Counted from the stretch's first letter, positions 11,229-22,245 are shown. The stretch is DNA of 64,000 bases from Thermomicrobiales bacterium (GCA_030446685.1 JAUJMV010000039.1:15447-79446); one strand, 5' to 3'. Program-made: numbers and translations. The notes: generated by a model not told the origin, from the sequence alone.

Positions 11229-12017
11229 ATGGACCGCTCCCGCCTCTCCGTCTGCTCCATCCCCCTCCGCGAGCGTCCCCTCCGGGAGGCGCCAGGTTCT
11301 CGCCGCCGCCGGCTGCGCGCGGGTCGATCTGCTCGGCGCCGAGCCCCATTTCCCGCCCGCCCCGGACGCCGATGCCGTCGCCGCGATCGCCGCGGCCGGC
11401 CGGGAAGCCGGGGTGCGGGTTGCCAACCTGGCCACCTACTACGGCCGGTCGCTCCCCGGCACGCCCGAGGAGGCCGAAGCGGAGTTGGCCGCCGCCAGGC
11501 GGGGGATGGACGCCGCCGTGCGCCTCGGCGCCCGCTCCCTGCGCCTCCACCCCGGCCGGGACCGCCGCCACGAGACCGGCTTCGCCCTCGTCCCCTTCTT
11601 CCGCCAGGTGGCCGGGGAGGCCGAGGCGCGCGGGCTGTACCTCGGCATCGAGACCCACGGCGGCCTCTCCTCCGACGCCCCCGCCATGGTCGAGCTCTGC
11701 CGCCAGGTCGGCTCCCGCCACTTCGGCGTCCTCTTCGATCCCTGCAACTGCGCCAGGGTCGGCGTGGACTACCGGCAGGCCTGGGACACGTTCAAGGGCT
11801 ACGTCACCCACGTCCACCTCAAGGACGGCCGTCGCGCCCCGGACGGCGCCTGGGAGCACGTCCACCTCGGCGAGGGCGAGATCGACGCCCGCTGGCTGGT
11901 CCGCGAGCTCGACCGGGCCGGCTATCAGGGCGACCTCGCCCTCGAGTACGAGATGGGCGCTACCGAGCCCCCGAGACCGGGCTCCCGCGCTGGCTCGCGT
12001 ACTGCGCGGCGCTGTGA
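11229..12017 (+). pseudogene. sugar phosphate isomerase/epimerase (TIM barrel), two frameshifts
   Basis: The N-terminus MDRSRLSVCSIPLRERPL is in the frame of ORF 10983..12017. The core (LGIETHGG, FDPCNC, HVHLKDG, ALEYE) is in ORF 11125..12120. The C-terminal ETGLPRWLAYCAAL returns to the first frame. Confidence 0.7.
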
Positions 12018-12223
12018 GGCTTGTTGGGGCAGGCCGGGACACCGGTTGACCCCGCCGACGGCACGCATTATGCGCATTATGATGGAGGTGCGCCGTAGGC
12101 CAGCAGAATATTCCGCCTGAGGTAGGCCAGGTACGCTCGAGGGCCAGGATTCGGGAAGCCAAGCCGCCGATGAGGCCTGGTTCACGCCGTGGATCACCCC
12201 GGAGCGGGGAGAGGAGGACTGTC

Positions 12224-14317
12224 ATGGCGACGCAGGCGAACGGCCGTTTTACTCCTACCCGTCGGCGCTTCCTCTACCTGAGCGGGCTGGCGGTCACCGG
12301 CCTCGTGGCGACCGCCTGCGGCGGGAGGGCGCCACGCCCACGGCGACGACCGGCACGGCGGCAGCGCCCGCGCCGCCCACGACCGGGATCGTCCAGCCCA
12401 CCGCCGGCGGCCAGCAGCCGACCGCCGCGGCGAAGCCGCCTGGGGCCGGCCCGCAGACGCCCGCGGCCGCGCCGACGCAGTACCAGGAGGCCCCGCAGTT
12501 CGCGGCGCTGGTCAAGGACGGGAAGCTGCCGCCGATCGAGCAACGCCTGCCGAAGCAGCCCCTGGTCGTGCCGCCGGTCGAGCGGGTCGGCAAGTACGGC
12601 GGCGCCTGGCGGATGGGCCTGCTCGGCGGCTCGGACACCGCCTTGATGACGCGCACGATCGGCTACGACTACCTGGTGCGCTGGGATCCCGCCTGGAACA
12701 AGGTGGTCCCCAACGTCGCCGCGTCGTTCGAGGCCAGCCCGGACGCCAAGACCTTCACCTTCACGCTGCGCGAGGGGCTGAAGTGGTCCGACGGCCAGCC
12801 CTACACCGCCGACGACATCCTGTTCTGGTACGAGGACATCGAGCTGCACAAGGAGCTGACCCCGACCCGCGGCCAGAACCCCGTCACCGTGGAGAAGGTG
12901 GACCAGCACACCGTCCGGATGACGTTCGCGCAACCGGACGGGCTCTTCCTCCAGGTCCAGGCGACGCCGGCCGGCGACCGGTGGACGCGCTACCCGGCGC
13001 ACTACCTCAAGCAATTCCACCAGAAGCACAACACCACCACCCTCGACCAGCTCGTCAAGGAGGCCGGGGCGAGGGACTGGGTCGAGCTCTTCCGCCTCAA
13101 GGGCATGGGCATCCCCGGCACGCCCTACAACGCCCTCTGGCAGAACAAGGACCTGCCGACCCTGAGCGCCTGGCGGATCGTCGAGCCGTACGGCGGGAAC
13201 GCCCAGCGGGTCGTGGCGGAGCGCAACCCCTACTACTGGAAGGTCGACCCCCAGGGGCGCCAGCTCCCCTACCTCGACCGGGTCACCTACGAGGTCTTCC
13301 AGGACCGGGAGGCGCTGGTCCTCAAGGCGGCCAACGGCGAGATCGACATGCAGGAGCGCCACATCGCCACCAACCAGAACAAGGCGGTCTTCGCCGACAA
13401 CCAGCAGAAGGGCAACTACCGCTTCTTCGAGACCGTGCCCACGCTCATGAACGCCACGGTGATCCAGCTGAACCTGACGCACAAGGACCCGGCCAAGCGG
13501 CAGATCTTCCAGAGCCAGGACTTCCGCATCGGGCTCTCGCACGCGATCAACCGCCGGGAGATCATCGACGTGGTCTACGTGGGGCAGGGCGAGCCCTACC
13601 AGGTGGGGCCGCGGCCCGAGGCCGCGAGTTCTACAACGAGACGCTGGCCAAGCAGTACACCGCGTTCGACCTCAAACGGGCCAACGAGTACCTCGACAAG
13701 GCCTTCCCCCAGAAGGACGGCGAGGGCTTCCGGCTCGGCCCGGACGGCAAGCGCATCGCGTTCACCATGGAGGTCACGGCCGGCCCCGGCGGCGCCGAGT
13801 GGGTCGACGTGATGAACCTGGTCGCCCGCCACTGGCGCGCGGTCGGGGTCGACATGCAGGTGAAGAGCATCGACCGCTCGCTCCACACGACCCGCACGAG
13901 CGCCAACGAGCACGACGCGATGGTCTGGAACGGCGAGGGCGGGCTGCAGGACGCGATCCTGGAGCCGCGCTCGTACTTCCCGTTCAGCGACGGGTCCGAC
14001 TTCGCCATGGCCTGGGCCGCCTGGTACAACCCGGCCGGGGTCCCCGGACGACGCCGGAGGAGCCGCCGGCGGCCAAGAAGCAGATGGAGCTCTACAACCG
14101 GCTCCGGGCGACGGGGGACCAGGGGCAGCAGGAAGCCCTGATGAAGGAGATCCTGCAGATCGCGCAGGAGCAGTTCTGGGTCATCGGCATCAACCTGCCG
14201 ATCAATGGCTACGGCCTCGTCAAGAGCAACATGCGGAACGTGCCGCAGTCGATGCCCCAGGCCTGGCTATGGCCGACGCCGGCGCCGACGAACCCCTTCC
14301 AGTACTTCTACGAGTAG
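12224..14317 (+). pseudogene. ABC transporter substrate-binding protein, family 5 (peptide/nickel/oligosaccharide type), paralog 1, about 3 frameshifts
   Basis: Tat/lipoprotein-like N-terminus RRRFLYLSGLAVTGLVATACGG. The body is spread over the frames of ORFs 12170, 12568, 12783 and 13799, with shifts near 12335, 13620 and 14040. It ends in NPFQYFYE. Confidence 0.85.
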
Positions 14318-14471
14318 GCCCCCACGGCGGCAATTCCTGGGGGTGGTGAACCCGGCGCTCGGGGCATCGGCGGGCTAAGGGTATTGCCGGCGCGGCGCCA
14401 GACCCACGCTCCGGTCGCCTTCGTCAGTCCGCCAGGACAGGCCCGGTCGCCCGCGCGCGGGATTGATGGTG

Positions 14472-15036
14472 CTGTATTGGCTCGTATATTAGAGCCTGTC
14501 CCGAGGTGGCGGTGAGGGCGTTGTGTTGGCAGCGGCCGGGACCGCGATAAGTAGATACGGTATTGGCTGTCAAGCCCTCTGGCCAGCGAGACCGCTCCGG
14601 CCCCGGTCAAGCGGCCAGGTCAGGCAGGGCGTTGTGTTGTTGTTGTTGACATCCTGGGTCGAAGCGCTGCAGCGTGCTGCCGAGCGCCCAGGCCTGGTGG
14701 AGCAGCTTGCGCGCGGCGGCGCAGCGGGCGACCTTCAGCGGCTTGCCGGCGGCGCGCAGCCGGTCGTCGAAGGCCTTGACGGCGGGGTTGTACCGCGCAG
14801 CGCTGAGCGTCGCCCTGTAGAGGGCGGTGCGCAGCCGGGCCTTGCCGTCGTGGCCGATGCTGGGCCGGCCGCGGATGCTGCGCCCGGACTCGCGCGGCAC
14901 CGGGGCGAGGCCGGCATACGCGGTGAGGATTCCGGCCCGGCGCACAGGGCGAAGTGCAGCTCGCGGTCCCGGCCGCTGCCAACACAACGCCCTCACCGCC
15001 ACCTCGGGACAGGCTCTAATATACGAGCCAATACAG
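14472..15036. repeat. 76-bp perfect inverted repeat (14472..14547 / 14961..15036) with a 413-bp spacer
   Basis: CTGTATTGGCTCGTATATTAGAGCCTGTCCCGAGGTGGCGGTGAGGGCGTTGTGTTGGCAGCGGCCGGGACCGCGA and its exact reverse complement. Read base by base. Confidence 0.9.
14607..14960 (-). pseudogene. IS110-family transposase, C-terminal fragment only
   Basis: LTAYAGLAPVPRESGRSIRGRPSIGHDGKARLRTALYRATLSAARYNPAVKAFDDRLRAAGKPLKVARCAAARKLL matches the IS116/IS110/IS902 C-terminal domain. The N-terminal catalytic half is absent. Confidence 0.7.
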
Positions 15037-15492
15037 GCGCGCGATCACGGACCAGCGCCTCCCATGGCAGCGACCGCAGGCCCCCGCGCGCTGCACGCCG
15101 GCCTGGGCGCGACGGGGTTTTTCGACGCTGCTCCTCGTCCTCGGGACGCCGGCTGCTGCGCCAAAACCCTGCAGGCGCTCGCCGGGCCGGCCGCAGGGGC
15201 GCCTGTCGGGTCGGGCGCCGCGCTATCCCGCCATCAAGAAAGCGGCCTGACGGGCTGAGCAGCGAGAACCCGGCCCAGTCACGCCAGCGGCTGCAATCGC
15301 CGCTGGCCGCGCCGTGCTTAAATGACCAGGCATGCGTATCGGAGGTCATGGCCGAGCGTGCCCTCGGAGACGCAGTCGCGGCTGCTGGGGGGGCTTACGC
15401 CCTCGCCGCCCTGAACCACCGCCATTATACGGGGGGCTTTGTGGCCCGCCGGCCCCCTTGCTATACTGTCCTCTCACTGTGAGGTTGACGGC

Positions 15493-16386
15493 ATGGTAGG
15501 GCGCGTATCCGACAACCCGGCGCCATTGGGTGTAGCCGACGGTGCCGACTATGGGCAGTCGGACGTGTGGGAGCGGCTGGCGGCGCTGTTCGCCGGCGGC
15601 CTGGAAGCGCCCCTCCGGCGCCTGCGGGCGTGTGGACTGCGCGCCGGGTTGGGACTGGCGCAGGCCCCTGCCGCTCACCGATTACGACCTCTGGTTCCCG
15701 GTCAGGGGGCATGGCGTCCTGCGGCTGCGCGAGCGCGACTACCACATCCGCGCCGGGACGCTCTTCCTGCTGCGCCCCGGCGATCTGCCCGTCGCCACGC
15801 AAGACCCGGCGGATCGGCTCACCGTCGTCTACATCCACTTCGATTTCTTCGTCGCCGGCTCGCGACAATCGACGGTACTGGATGGCGGCTGCCTGCCGTC
15901 GCGCTACGTGCCGTTCCAGGACGCCACGCAGTTCGACCTGCTGGTGACGCGAGTCGTGCGCCTGATGGAGCAACGCCAGAGCCTTTCGTCGCTTGAAGCC
16001 AAATTCGTCTTGCAACAGGCGCTGCTGGAGGTCTACCGCCAGGACGCCGCGAATCAAGGCTTCGCCGCCGCGCGCGCGATCCGCGCCTGGAGCGGGTGCT
16101 GGCCTATCTGCGGAGTCACCCGGAGCGCCGCATCACGCGCGAGGAGGCCGCGGCACTGGCCGAGCTCTCGCCCACCTACTTCGGCCGCCTGTTCAGCGAC
16201 GAGTTCGGCGTAAGCTTCCGCGAATACCTGCTCCGGGTGCGGCTGGAACGCGCCCGCTACTTCCTCGAAGAAACCGGGATGTTGGTTAGCGAGGTCGCCG
16301 CCGCGCTCGGGTATAGCGACATTTTCCTCTTCAGCCGGCAGTTCAAACAGCACTACGGCTATCCGCCGAGCCAGTTGCGGAAATAG
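15493..16386 (+). pseudogene. AraC family transcriptional regulator, two frameshifts
   Basis: The cupin-like N-half is in ORFs 15439 and 15542. The C-terminal HTH (LSPTYFGRLFSDEFGVSFREYL, GYSDIFLFSRQFKQHYGYPPSQ) is in ORF 16096..16386. Shifts fall near 15650 and 16085. Confidence 0.75.
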
Positions 16387-16572
16387 CCGCGATCGTCGTT
16401 TCAGTGCAAATATCCAGTGCTTCCCGCTATGGAGTGCCGGGCAGCCGCGTGCTTTACTAGTGGTATGCCCCTTCGTGCAAGCAGGCGATCCGGTTGGGCA
16501 AGCGGCTAGCTCGGAGCGATGGCCAGGTCAGCCAGGCGTGGCCGTCGCAAGCGCACCATGGGAGGTTGGAGT

Positions 16573-17442
16573 ATGACCGCGCAGCAGATCGAGCAAGAAG
16601 TGTTCGATGACGGGACAGACGGCGGCGAGGCGGTCGCGCGCCTGTACCAGGCGGGCGGTATTGCCTATGGCGTGGATGGCTTCGACAGCGTGACGGACGA
16701 GCACATCGCGCTGTTCCACGACCAGGGCTTCCTCGTCGTCAACGATGCGTTCAACCCCGCCGAGGTGCGAACCGCGTCGACGGCCTGCTCGACCTGATCG
16801 ACGGGCAGAACCCCGCGTTCACCAAGGGCATCCAGTTCGAGTCCGGCGCTCGCGCCCTGCTGGCGACGATGCCTCGAGACAAGAAGCAGGACGCCGTGCG
16901 CAAGCTGATGCGGTTTGTCGAGTACGACGGCCGCCTGCGGGCGCCGGCGGAGCATCCCCGGTTCCTGGCGACGCTCGAACGGTTCATGGGTGATACCCCC
17001 GTGCTGTTCCAGGACCAGGCCCTCTTGAAGCCGCCGCTGGTCGGGCGCGAGAAGCCGTGGCACCAGGACAACGCCTACTTCAACCTGCCGCCGGAGACGG
17101 TGGTGGTGGCGCCTGGATCGCACTCGACGAGGCGCTGCCGGAGAACGGCTGCATGCACATCATCCCCGGCAGCCACCGCGAGGGGCCGGTGGTCCACTTC
17201 AAGCGGCGCGATTGGCAAATCTGCGACACCGACGTGCAGACCAGCCGGGTCGTGGCCGTGCCGCTCAAGCCGGGGGCTGCCTCTTCTTCCACGGCCTGCT
17301 GCACCACGGCACGCCGCCCAGCCGGTCGCCGCGCCGTCGCCGCGCGCTGCAGTTCCACTACAAGCCCGCCAGTGTGGACCGGATCGACGCGGAGGAGCGC
17401 CTGGCGGTCTTCGGCAGCGAAGGCAAGGATGTCGAGTGCTGA
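16573..17442 (+). pseudogene. phytanoyl-CoA dioxygenase (PhyH) family protein, about 3 frameshifts
   Basis: ATG 16573 follows GGAGG. Segments sit in four ORFs: FHDQGFLVVNDAF, KPWHQDNAYF, HIIPGSHREGPV and GGCLFFHGLLHHGTPPS. Confidence 0.75.
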
Positions 17443-17475
17443 GGCGGCGGCTGGCAGTCTGTCGCCATGTGACAG

Positions 17476-17524
17476 CGGATGGCGGGGATACCCTCGCCAT
17501 CCGCATAGCCGTGATCCGGCTATG
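17476..17524 (+). terminator. two back-to-back GC-rich hairpins downstream of the PhyH gene
   Basis: CGGATGGCG-GGGATACCCT-CGCCATCCG (9-bp stem) is followed directly by CATAGCCG-TGATC-CGGCTATG (8-bp stem). There is no U-tract, so function is inferred only. Confidence 0.4.
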
Positions 17525-17920
17525 CTCTCGGACCCATCGACTGTACAGCACTCGTGAGCGCAGTCGTTACCCCAACCATGTCACTACGGTAGCTGTCACG
17601 CGGCGGCCTCCGTTGATTGATGGTCAGGTGTGAGCCTCGCAACGTTCGCGGGTGTCACAGCCCGCGCGCTGAAGCACCGATCTCTGTTGTCATTCGGCTA
17701 TATCAAGCGGAAGGGAGTTTATGGTGGTCACCGGGGGACGTAGCGCGGCATCCAGTGGAGTTGTGCGGACCACGCTCGGACAAGGCATCGGGGTACACAT
17801 ATTGGCCGTATCGGTGGCCGATGCCGACCTGGTTGACAGCCCAGTAGTAGCACGATAGAACATGTACGTACACCTCATGGCGCACGAGGGCGACGGCACG
17901 GCACGGGTTGCGGATCGGCG

Positions 17921-19699
17921 ATGCCGCAGGCGAAGCGACCGCAGCGGGACGCGACCGAGGATTGGGAGCAACTCCGCATCTTCGTCAGCTCGCCGCAGCA
18001 AGAGACCGATGAGTTGCTACGGCCCATCGTCCTCTTCGGGCGTACCCCGGCGGCGCGTGCCGCGGAGACCGGCGTGCCGGAGCGAACCTTGCGCCGCAAG
18101 GCCGACCGCTTCGACGCCGCCGGGATGGCCGGCCTCTTCGAGACGGCCGCGCCGGCGGCGCACGATCGCCGCGCCCTCCCACCCGAGATCCGCCGGGCGA
18201 TCCTCGACCTGCAGGCGGAGTACCCGCCCTTACGCCCGCACGAGATCGCCACCATCTGCGAGCGGCGCTTCCGCCGGCCAGTCAGCCACCACACCGTCGG
18301 GCGCATCCTCGCCGCCGGGCCGCCGCCGACCGCCACCGGCCGCCGCTTCCCGCGCTACCGCGACATCGCCGATCCGGTCGAACGCCGCCTGGCGGTCGTG
18401 CGCCTCTACCGCGAGGGGTGGAATGTCAAGAGCATCGCCGGCTACCTGGCGACCAAGCGCCCGCGCGTCTACGAAGCCCTCCGCCGCTGGTCCGCCGAGG
18501 GGCTGCCCGGCCTGGACGATCACTCCCGCGCGCCGCACCATCCCGCGCGCAAGGTCGACCTCAAGACCCTGGCGGCGATCCGGCGTCTCCAGGCCAATCC
18601 CGAATTGGGCGGGTTCCGCGTCAGCGCCGCCCTCGAGCCGCGCGACATCTTCCTGAGCCCGCGCACCTGCCAGCGGATCCTCGCCCTGCATCGCGACCTG
18701 GCGGCGGCGCGCCGCGCGCCGGCCGTGCCGCGCGAGCCGCGGCCGCACCCGTTCGCGGCGAGCCGCCGCCACCAGATCTGGTCCGTGGACATCCGCTCCA
18801 TCGAGGATCACGGGCTCGCCACCGAGAAGCCCGTCTATGCCATCGCCGTGCTGGAAAACTCTAGTCGGGCGATCCTCGCCAGCCTGCGCTCGCCGCGGCA
18901 GGACCTCACGGCGTACCTCGTCGTCTTGCGCGACGCGCTCCAGCGCCATGGCGCCCCCGAGCTGCTGGTCAGCGACAGTGGCGGCGTCTTCCTCGCCAAG
19001 CCGGCCCTGGCGCTCTACCGGGCGCTGGGGATCGAGAAGCGGGAGATCGCGCGCGGGCGCCCGTGGCAGAACGATAGCGAAGCGAACTTCGGGACGATGC
19101 GCCGGATGGCCGATTACCACTTCGCCCAGGCGGCGACGTGGCCGGCGATGCACGCGATCCACGCCCGCTGCTTCCGCGAGTACAACGGCCAGAAGCACTT
19201 CGCCCACCAGGACCGCCCGGTGGGGGAGCAAAGCCCGGCGCGGGTCCTGCGGTGGGTGCAGGGGGCGTGGTGCGACCCGGCGGATCTGGATCGCCTCTTC
19301 CGCGTGCGGGCGCGGCGCCGGGTGGATGCGGCGGGCTTTGTCCGGTTCCGCCACTGGCGGTTGTACGGCGAGCGCGGCCTGGCCGGTGCGGAGGCCGCCG
19401 TGTGGATCCTCGGCAACGACCTGACGATCGCGTACGCCACCGACACGCTGGCCCAGTACCGCGTCGCCTTCGAGCCGGATGAGCGCCACATCCGCGCGGT
19501 GACCGACGCGCGCCTCTTCGAGACCTGCTACCCCTCGCCGCAGCCGCCCTTGTGGGCCTGGGAGGATCACGAGTGGCGCCGCGCCGTGCGCGCCCCGGCC
19601 TACGCCCCCCGCCGCCGCCCGCTCCCGACCGCCCTGCAGGCACCGCTCTTCCCGCTCGAGGAGGAACCCGCTGCCGCCGCGATGCGGGGTGCGGGGTAG
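17921..19699 (+). CDS. DDE transposase (rve/integrase-core fold) with N-terminal HTH region, 592 aa, intact
   Basis: HQIWSVDIRS ... LLVSDSGGVF ... WQNDSEANFG gives a D-(about 62)-D-35-E spacing. The HTH-like region is VRLYREGWNVKSIAGYLATKRPRVYEALRRW. The copy at 50474..52252 is identical. Confidence 0.85.
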   Translation: MPQAKRPQRDATEDWEQLRIFVSSPQQETDELLRPIVLFGRTPAARAAETGVPERTLRRKADRFDAAGMAGLFETAAPAAHDRRALPPEIRRAILDLQAEYPPLRPHEIATICERRFRRPVSHHTVGRILAAGPPPTATGRRFPRYRDIADPVERRLAVVRLYREGWNVKSIAGYLATKRPRVYEALRRWSAEGLPGLDDHSRAPHHPARKVDLKTLAAIRRLQANPELGGFRVSAALEPRDIFLSPRTCQRILALHRDLAAARRAPAVPREPRPHPFAASRRHQIWSVDIRSIEDHGLATEKPVYAIAVLENSSRAILASLRSPRQDLTAYLVVLRDALQRHGAPELLVSDSGGVFLAKPALALYRALGIEKREIARGRPWQNDSEANFGTMRRMADYHFAQAATWPAMHAIHARCFREYNGQKHFAHQDRPVGEQSPARVLRWVQGAWCDPADLDRLFRVRARRRVDAAGFVRFRHWRLYGERGLAGAEAAVWILGNDLTIAYATDTLAQYRVAFEPDERHIRAVTDARLFETCYPSPQPPLWAWEDHEWRRAVRAPAYAPRRRPLPTALQAPLFPLEEEPAAAAMRGAG

Positions 19700-19733
19700 G
19701 AGGCGGCCGCAGGCGGGCGCCCGCCCGCCCGGC

Positions 19734-20084
19734 ATGGGACGTCATCCCACGGCGCTGCCGGGCGCCCTCTCCCTGGCGCTGGCGGCGATCACCCAGCCCG
19801 CCCCGGCGGTGACGCTGTTCTGCCTGCAATGGGGGGCGATCCAGGTTCCTGCGCCGCTCTTCGCCGGCGACCTGAACGAGCGCCTCCCCAGCAGCTACCG
19901 CGCCACCGTGCTCTCGCTGATCACCGTGGCGCGCTCGACCGACGTCGGGCTGGTCGGGCTCATCGTCGGCGGCCTCGCGGCGACCGCCCTCCCCGCCGCC
20001 TTCGCGCTCATGGGGGTGCTGGTGCTGGGAGGGGCGCTCCTCTTTCGGATCAACGAGCGCCACCTCGACAGCAGACCGGAGTGA
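19734..20084 (+). CDS. passenger ORF inside the IS; resembles the last 3-4 helices of an MFS-type transporter
   Basis: Hydrophobic segments ALSLALAAITQPAPAVTLFCL, LSLITVARSTDVGLVGLIVGGLAA and AAFALMGVLVLGGALLF. The ORF is far too short for a transporter. It is present in both IS copies. Confidence 0.4.
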   Translation: MGRHPTALPGALSLALAAITQPAPAVTLFCLQWGAIQVPAPLFAGDLNERLPSSYRATVLSLITVARSTDVGLVGLIVGGLAATALPAAFALMGVLVLGGALLFRINERHLDSRPE

Positions 20085-20380
20085 GCAGGGGTGCGCCGCG
20101 CGGATGGCCTCGTCGCTGCACCGTGCCATCGGCCACCGATACGGCCAATATGTGTACCCCGATGTCTTGTCCGAGCGTGACCTGCTGGTGCCGCCATGTG
20201 CCGCCACCCTCGTTCTGGCTACATCGACCATCCGAGACAAATCCCTGGCACCCGCGGCATAGGACGGCCAGCAACATGGGGCGGATGACCGACGTGGCCA
20301 GAACAGGGGGGCGGAGGATGCCTGACGCGCCCGGCGAATTGCCGGCGCGATGTTCCCGCCAGCGCGAGAGGGGCGAGGCC

Positions 20381-21055
20381 ATGGCGTCGTTCGAGCGTTG
20401 CGCGCACTGATGGAACTGCCGGCCCGACCGGCCAGGAGCAGCGAGTGCTGGCCTGGCTGCGCGCGCTGGGCGGGGCGCGCCGCGCGGGTCTGGACGTCGA
20501 AGGTCGGCAACCCGCTGGCCCACGTCGGCGGCCGGGGGCCGACGCGCCGCCTCCAGGGGCGCGCGGACGAGATCGGCTTCGTCGTCCGCAGCATCGACGC
20601 GCGCGGCTTCCTCTGGCTGGCCGGCGGCGATCCGCGCCTGCGCTTCCCGGTGGGGCAGCCGGCGCTCGCCGTCGGGCGCGGCGCGCCGGTGGAGGGCCTC
20701 TTCGCCACCGCGACCGGCCACGTCCTCACGGAGGAGCAGCGGGCGCGCGAGAAGCTGTCGTACCGCGACCTCTTCGTCGACGTCGGCGCCTCCTCGCGCG
20801 GGGGCCGTGACGCGGGGCATCCGCGGCGGTGCGGGCGTCCTCTGGAACCCGCCCACCCGGCGTGCCGGGACGCGCATCTACGGCAAGGCGATCGACGACC
20901 GCGTCGCGCTCGCGATCATGACCGAACTCCTCGACACGCTCGACCCGGCGCTCGCCTACGACCTCTACTTCGCGGCGACGGTGCAGGAGGAGATCGGGCT
21001 GGTCGGGGCGACGTCGCTCCGCGCCGAATTGGACGCCGACCTGGCGATCGCCGTT
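20381..21055 (+). pseudogene. M42 family (FrvX/glutamyl aminopeptidase-like) peptidase, frameshifted and 3'-truncated
   Basis: ADEIGFVVRSIDARGFLWL, YGKAIDDRVALAIMTELL and ATVQEEIGLVGA are spread over three frames. Homology stops near 21055, after about 200 of the roughly 350 expected codons. Confidence 0.7.
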
Positions 21056-21288
21056 GTCAGGCGGCGTGCTTGCGAGCGCCTTGTACGGAGAAGCAAGGTC
21101 GCCATTACAGGGTCGCCACGGCTCACACGGACAAGCGCCGGCGGCACACGGATCGCCAATGGGCGCGCGGGCCGCGAGGCGCGCCCATGTCCTCGCCGCG
21201 GCACGGCCCCTGCGGTGCCTCGAGGTGGCGCCGAGCGGCTCGGCGGCCCCGCCGCGGGGCGCGAGGAGGGAATCGGAGGAGGGGATCG

Positions 21289-22245
21289 ATGGCGGCGATC
21301 GGCTACGCGCTGGCCAGCGAGGAGCACCGGCCCGCCGCCCTGGTGCGGCATGCCCGCCTGGCGGAGGCAGCGGGCTTCCCCTTCGCCCTGATCTCCGACC
21401 ACTACCACCCCTGGGTCGACCGCCAGGGCCAGAGCCCCTTCGTCTGGAGCGTGCTCGGCGGCATCGCCCAGGTCACCACCCAGCTGCGCGTCGGCACCGG
21501 GGTGACCTGCCCCACCACGCGGCTCCACCCGGCGATCGTCGCCCAGGCGGCGGCCACCGTCGCGGCGCTGCTGCCGGGGCGCTTCTTCCTGGGAGTCGGG
21601 ACCGGCGAGAACCTCAACGAGCACATCCTCGGCGACCGCTGGCCGCCCGCCGACCTGCGGCGGGAGCAGCTGGCGGAAGCGGTCGCGGTGATCCGCCTGC
21701 TCTGGCAGGGCGGGATGCAGACCCACCGCGGCACGCACTACACGGTCGAGAACGCGCGCGTCTTCACCCTGCCCGAGGAGCCGACACCGATCCTGGTCGC
21801 GGCCAGCGGCCCCCACGCCGCGGAGCTGGCCGGACGGATCGGCGACGGGCTGATCACCACTGCGCCCGATCCCCAGGTGCTGGAGCGGTTCGACGCGGCG
21901 GGCGGGGCCGGCAAGCCGCGCTACGGGCAGGTGACGGTCTGCTGGGCGCGGGACGAGGCCAGCGCGCGGCGCACCGCGCACGAGTGGTGGCCGAACGCGG
22001 CGGTCCCCGGCGAGCTCTCCCAGGAGCTGCCGACGCCGGCCTTCTTCGCGCAGGCCGCGCAGGCGGTGACCGAGGAGCAGATCGCCGCGGCGATCGTCTG
22101 CGGCCCGGACCCCGCGCGGCACGTCGCGGCGATCCGGGCGTACCTGGACGCGGGCATCGAGCACGTCTACGTCCACCAGGTCGGCCCCGACCAGGACGGC
22201 TTCCTCGAGTTCTACCGGCGGGCGGTGCTCCCCGCGTTCCGCTAG
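21289..22245 (+). CDS. LLM-class F420-dependent oxidoreductase, glucose-6-phosphate dehydrogenase (Fgd-like) family
   Basis: ATG 21289 follows GGAGGAGGGG. ISDHYHPW, LRVGTGVTCP and FLGVGTGENLNEH resemble Fgd-type luciferase-like monooxygenase proteins. The frame is uninterrupted. Confidence 0.8.
   Translation: MAAIGYALASEEHRPAALVRHARLAEAAGFPFALISDHYHPWVDRQGQSPFVWSVLGGIAQVTTQLRVGTGVTCPTTRLHPAIVAQAAATVAALLPGRFFLGVGTGENLNEHILGDRWPPADLRREQLAEAVAVIRLLWQGGMQTHRGTHYTVENARVFTLPEEPTPILVAASGPHAAELAGRIGDGLITTAPDPQVLERFDAAGGAGKPRYGQVTVCWARDEASARRTAHEWWPNAAVPGELSQELPTPAFFAQAAQAVTEEQIAAAIVCGPDPARHVAAIRAYLDAGIEHVYVHQVGPDQDGFLEFYRRAVLPAFR

Larger units (their letters stand above)
17771..20179 (+). mobile_element. 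insertion sequence copy 1 (2,409 bp, 53-bp terminal inverted repeats)
   Basis: Left end CACGCTCGGACAAGGCATCGGGGTACACATATTGGCCGTATCGGTGGCCGATG (17771..17823). The right end 20127..20179 is its reverse complement, with one mismatch at 17785. The whole unit recurs at 50324..52732. Confidence 0.9.

Noticed and set aside
14548-14960. An IS110-type bridge/guide RNA associated with the IS110 fragment.
   Set aside because: Only the C-terminal domain of the recombinase survives. The non-coding end that would encode such an RNA is not identifiable, and the flanks are an artificial-looking inverted duplication.
19689-20084. The passenger ORF of the IS as a functional transporter.
   Set aside because: With 116-131 codons and about three hydrophobic segments, it can only be a fragment of a 12-helix MFS protein.
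17761-20190. Individual target-site duplications for each copy of the 2.4-kb IS.
   Set aside because: The bases immediately outside the TIRs do not match within either copy. They are GTGCGGAC vs ACCTGCTG for copy 1 and CGACGTCA vs CGGTCGAC for copy 2. Only the outer flanks of the pair show a 4/5 match.
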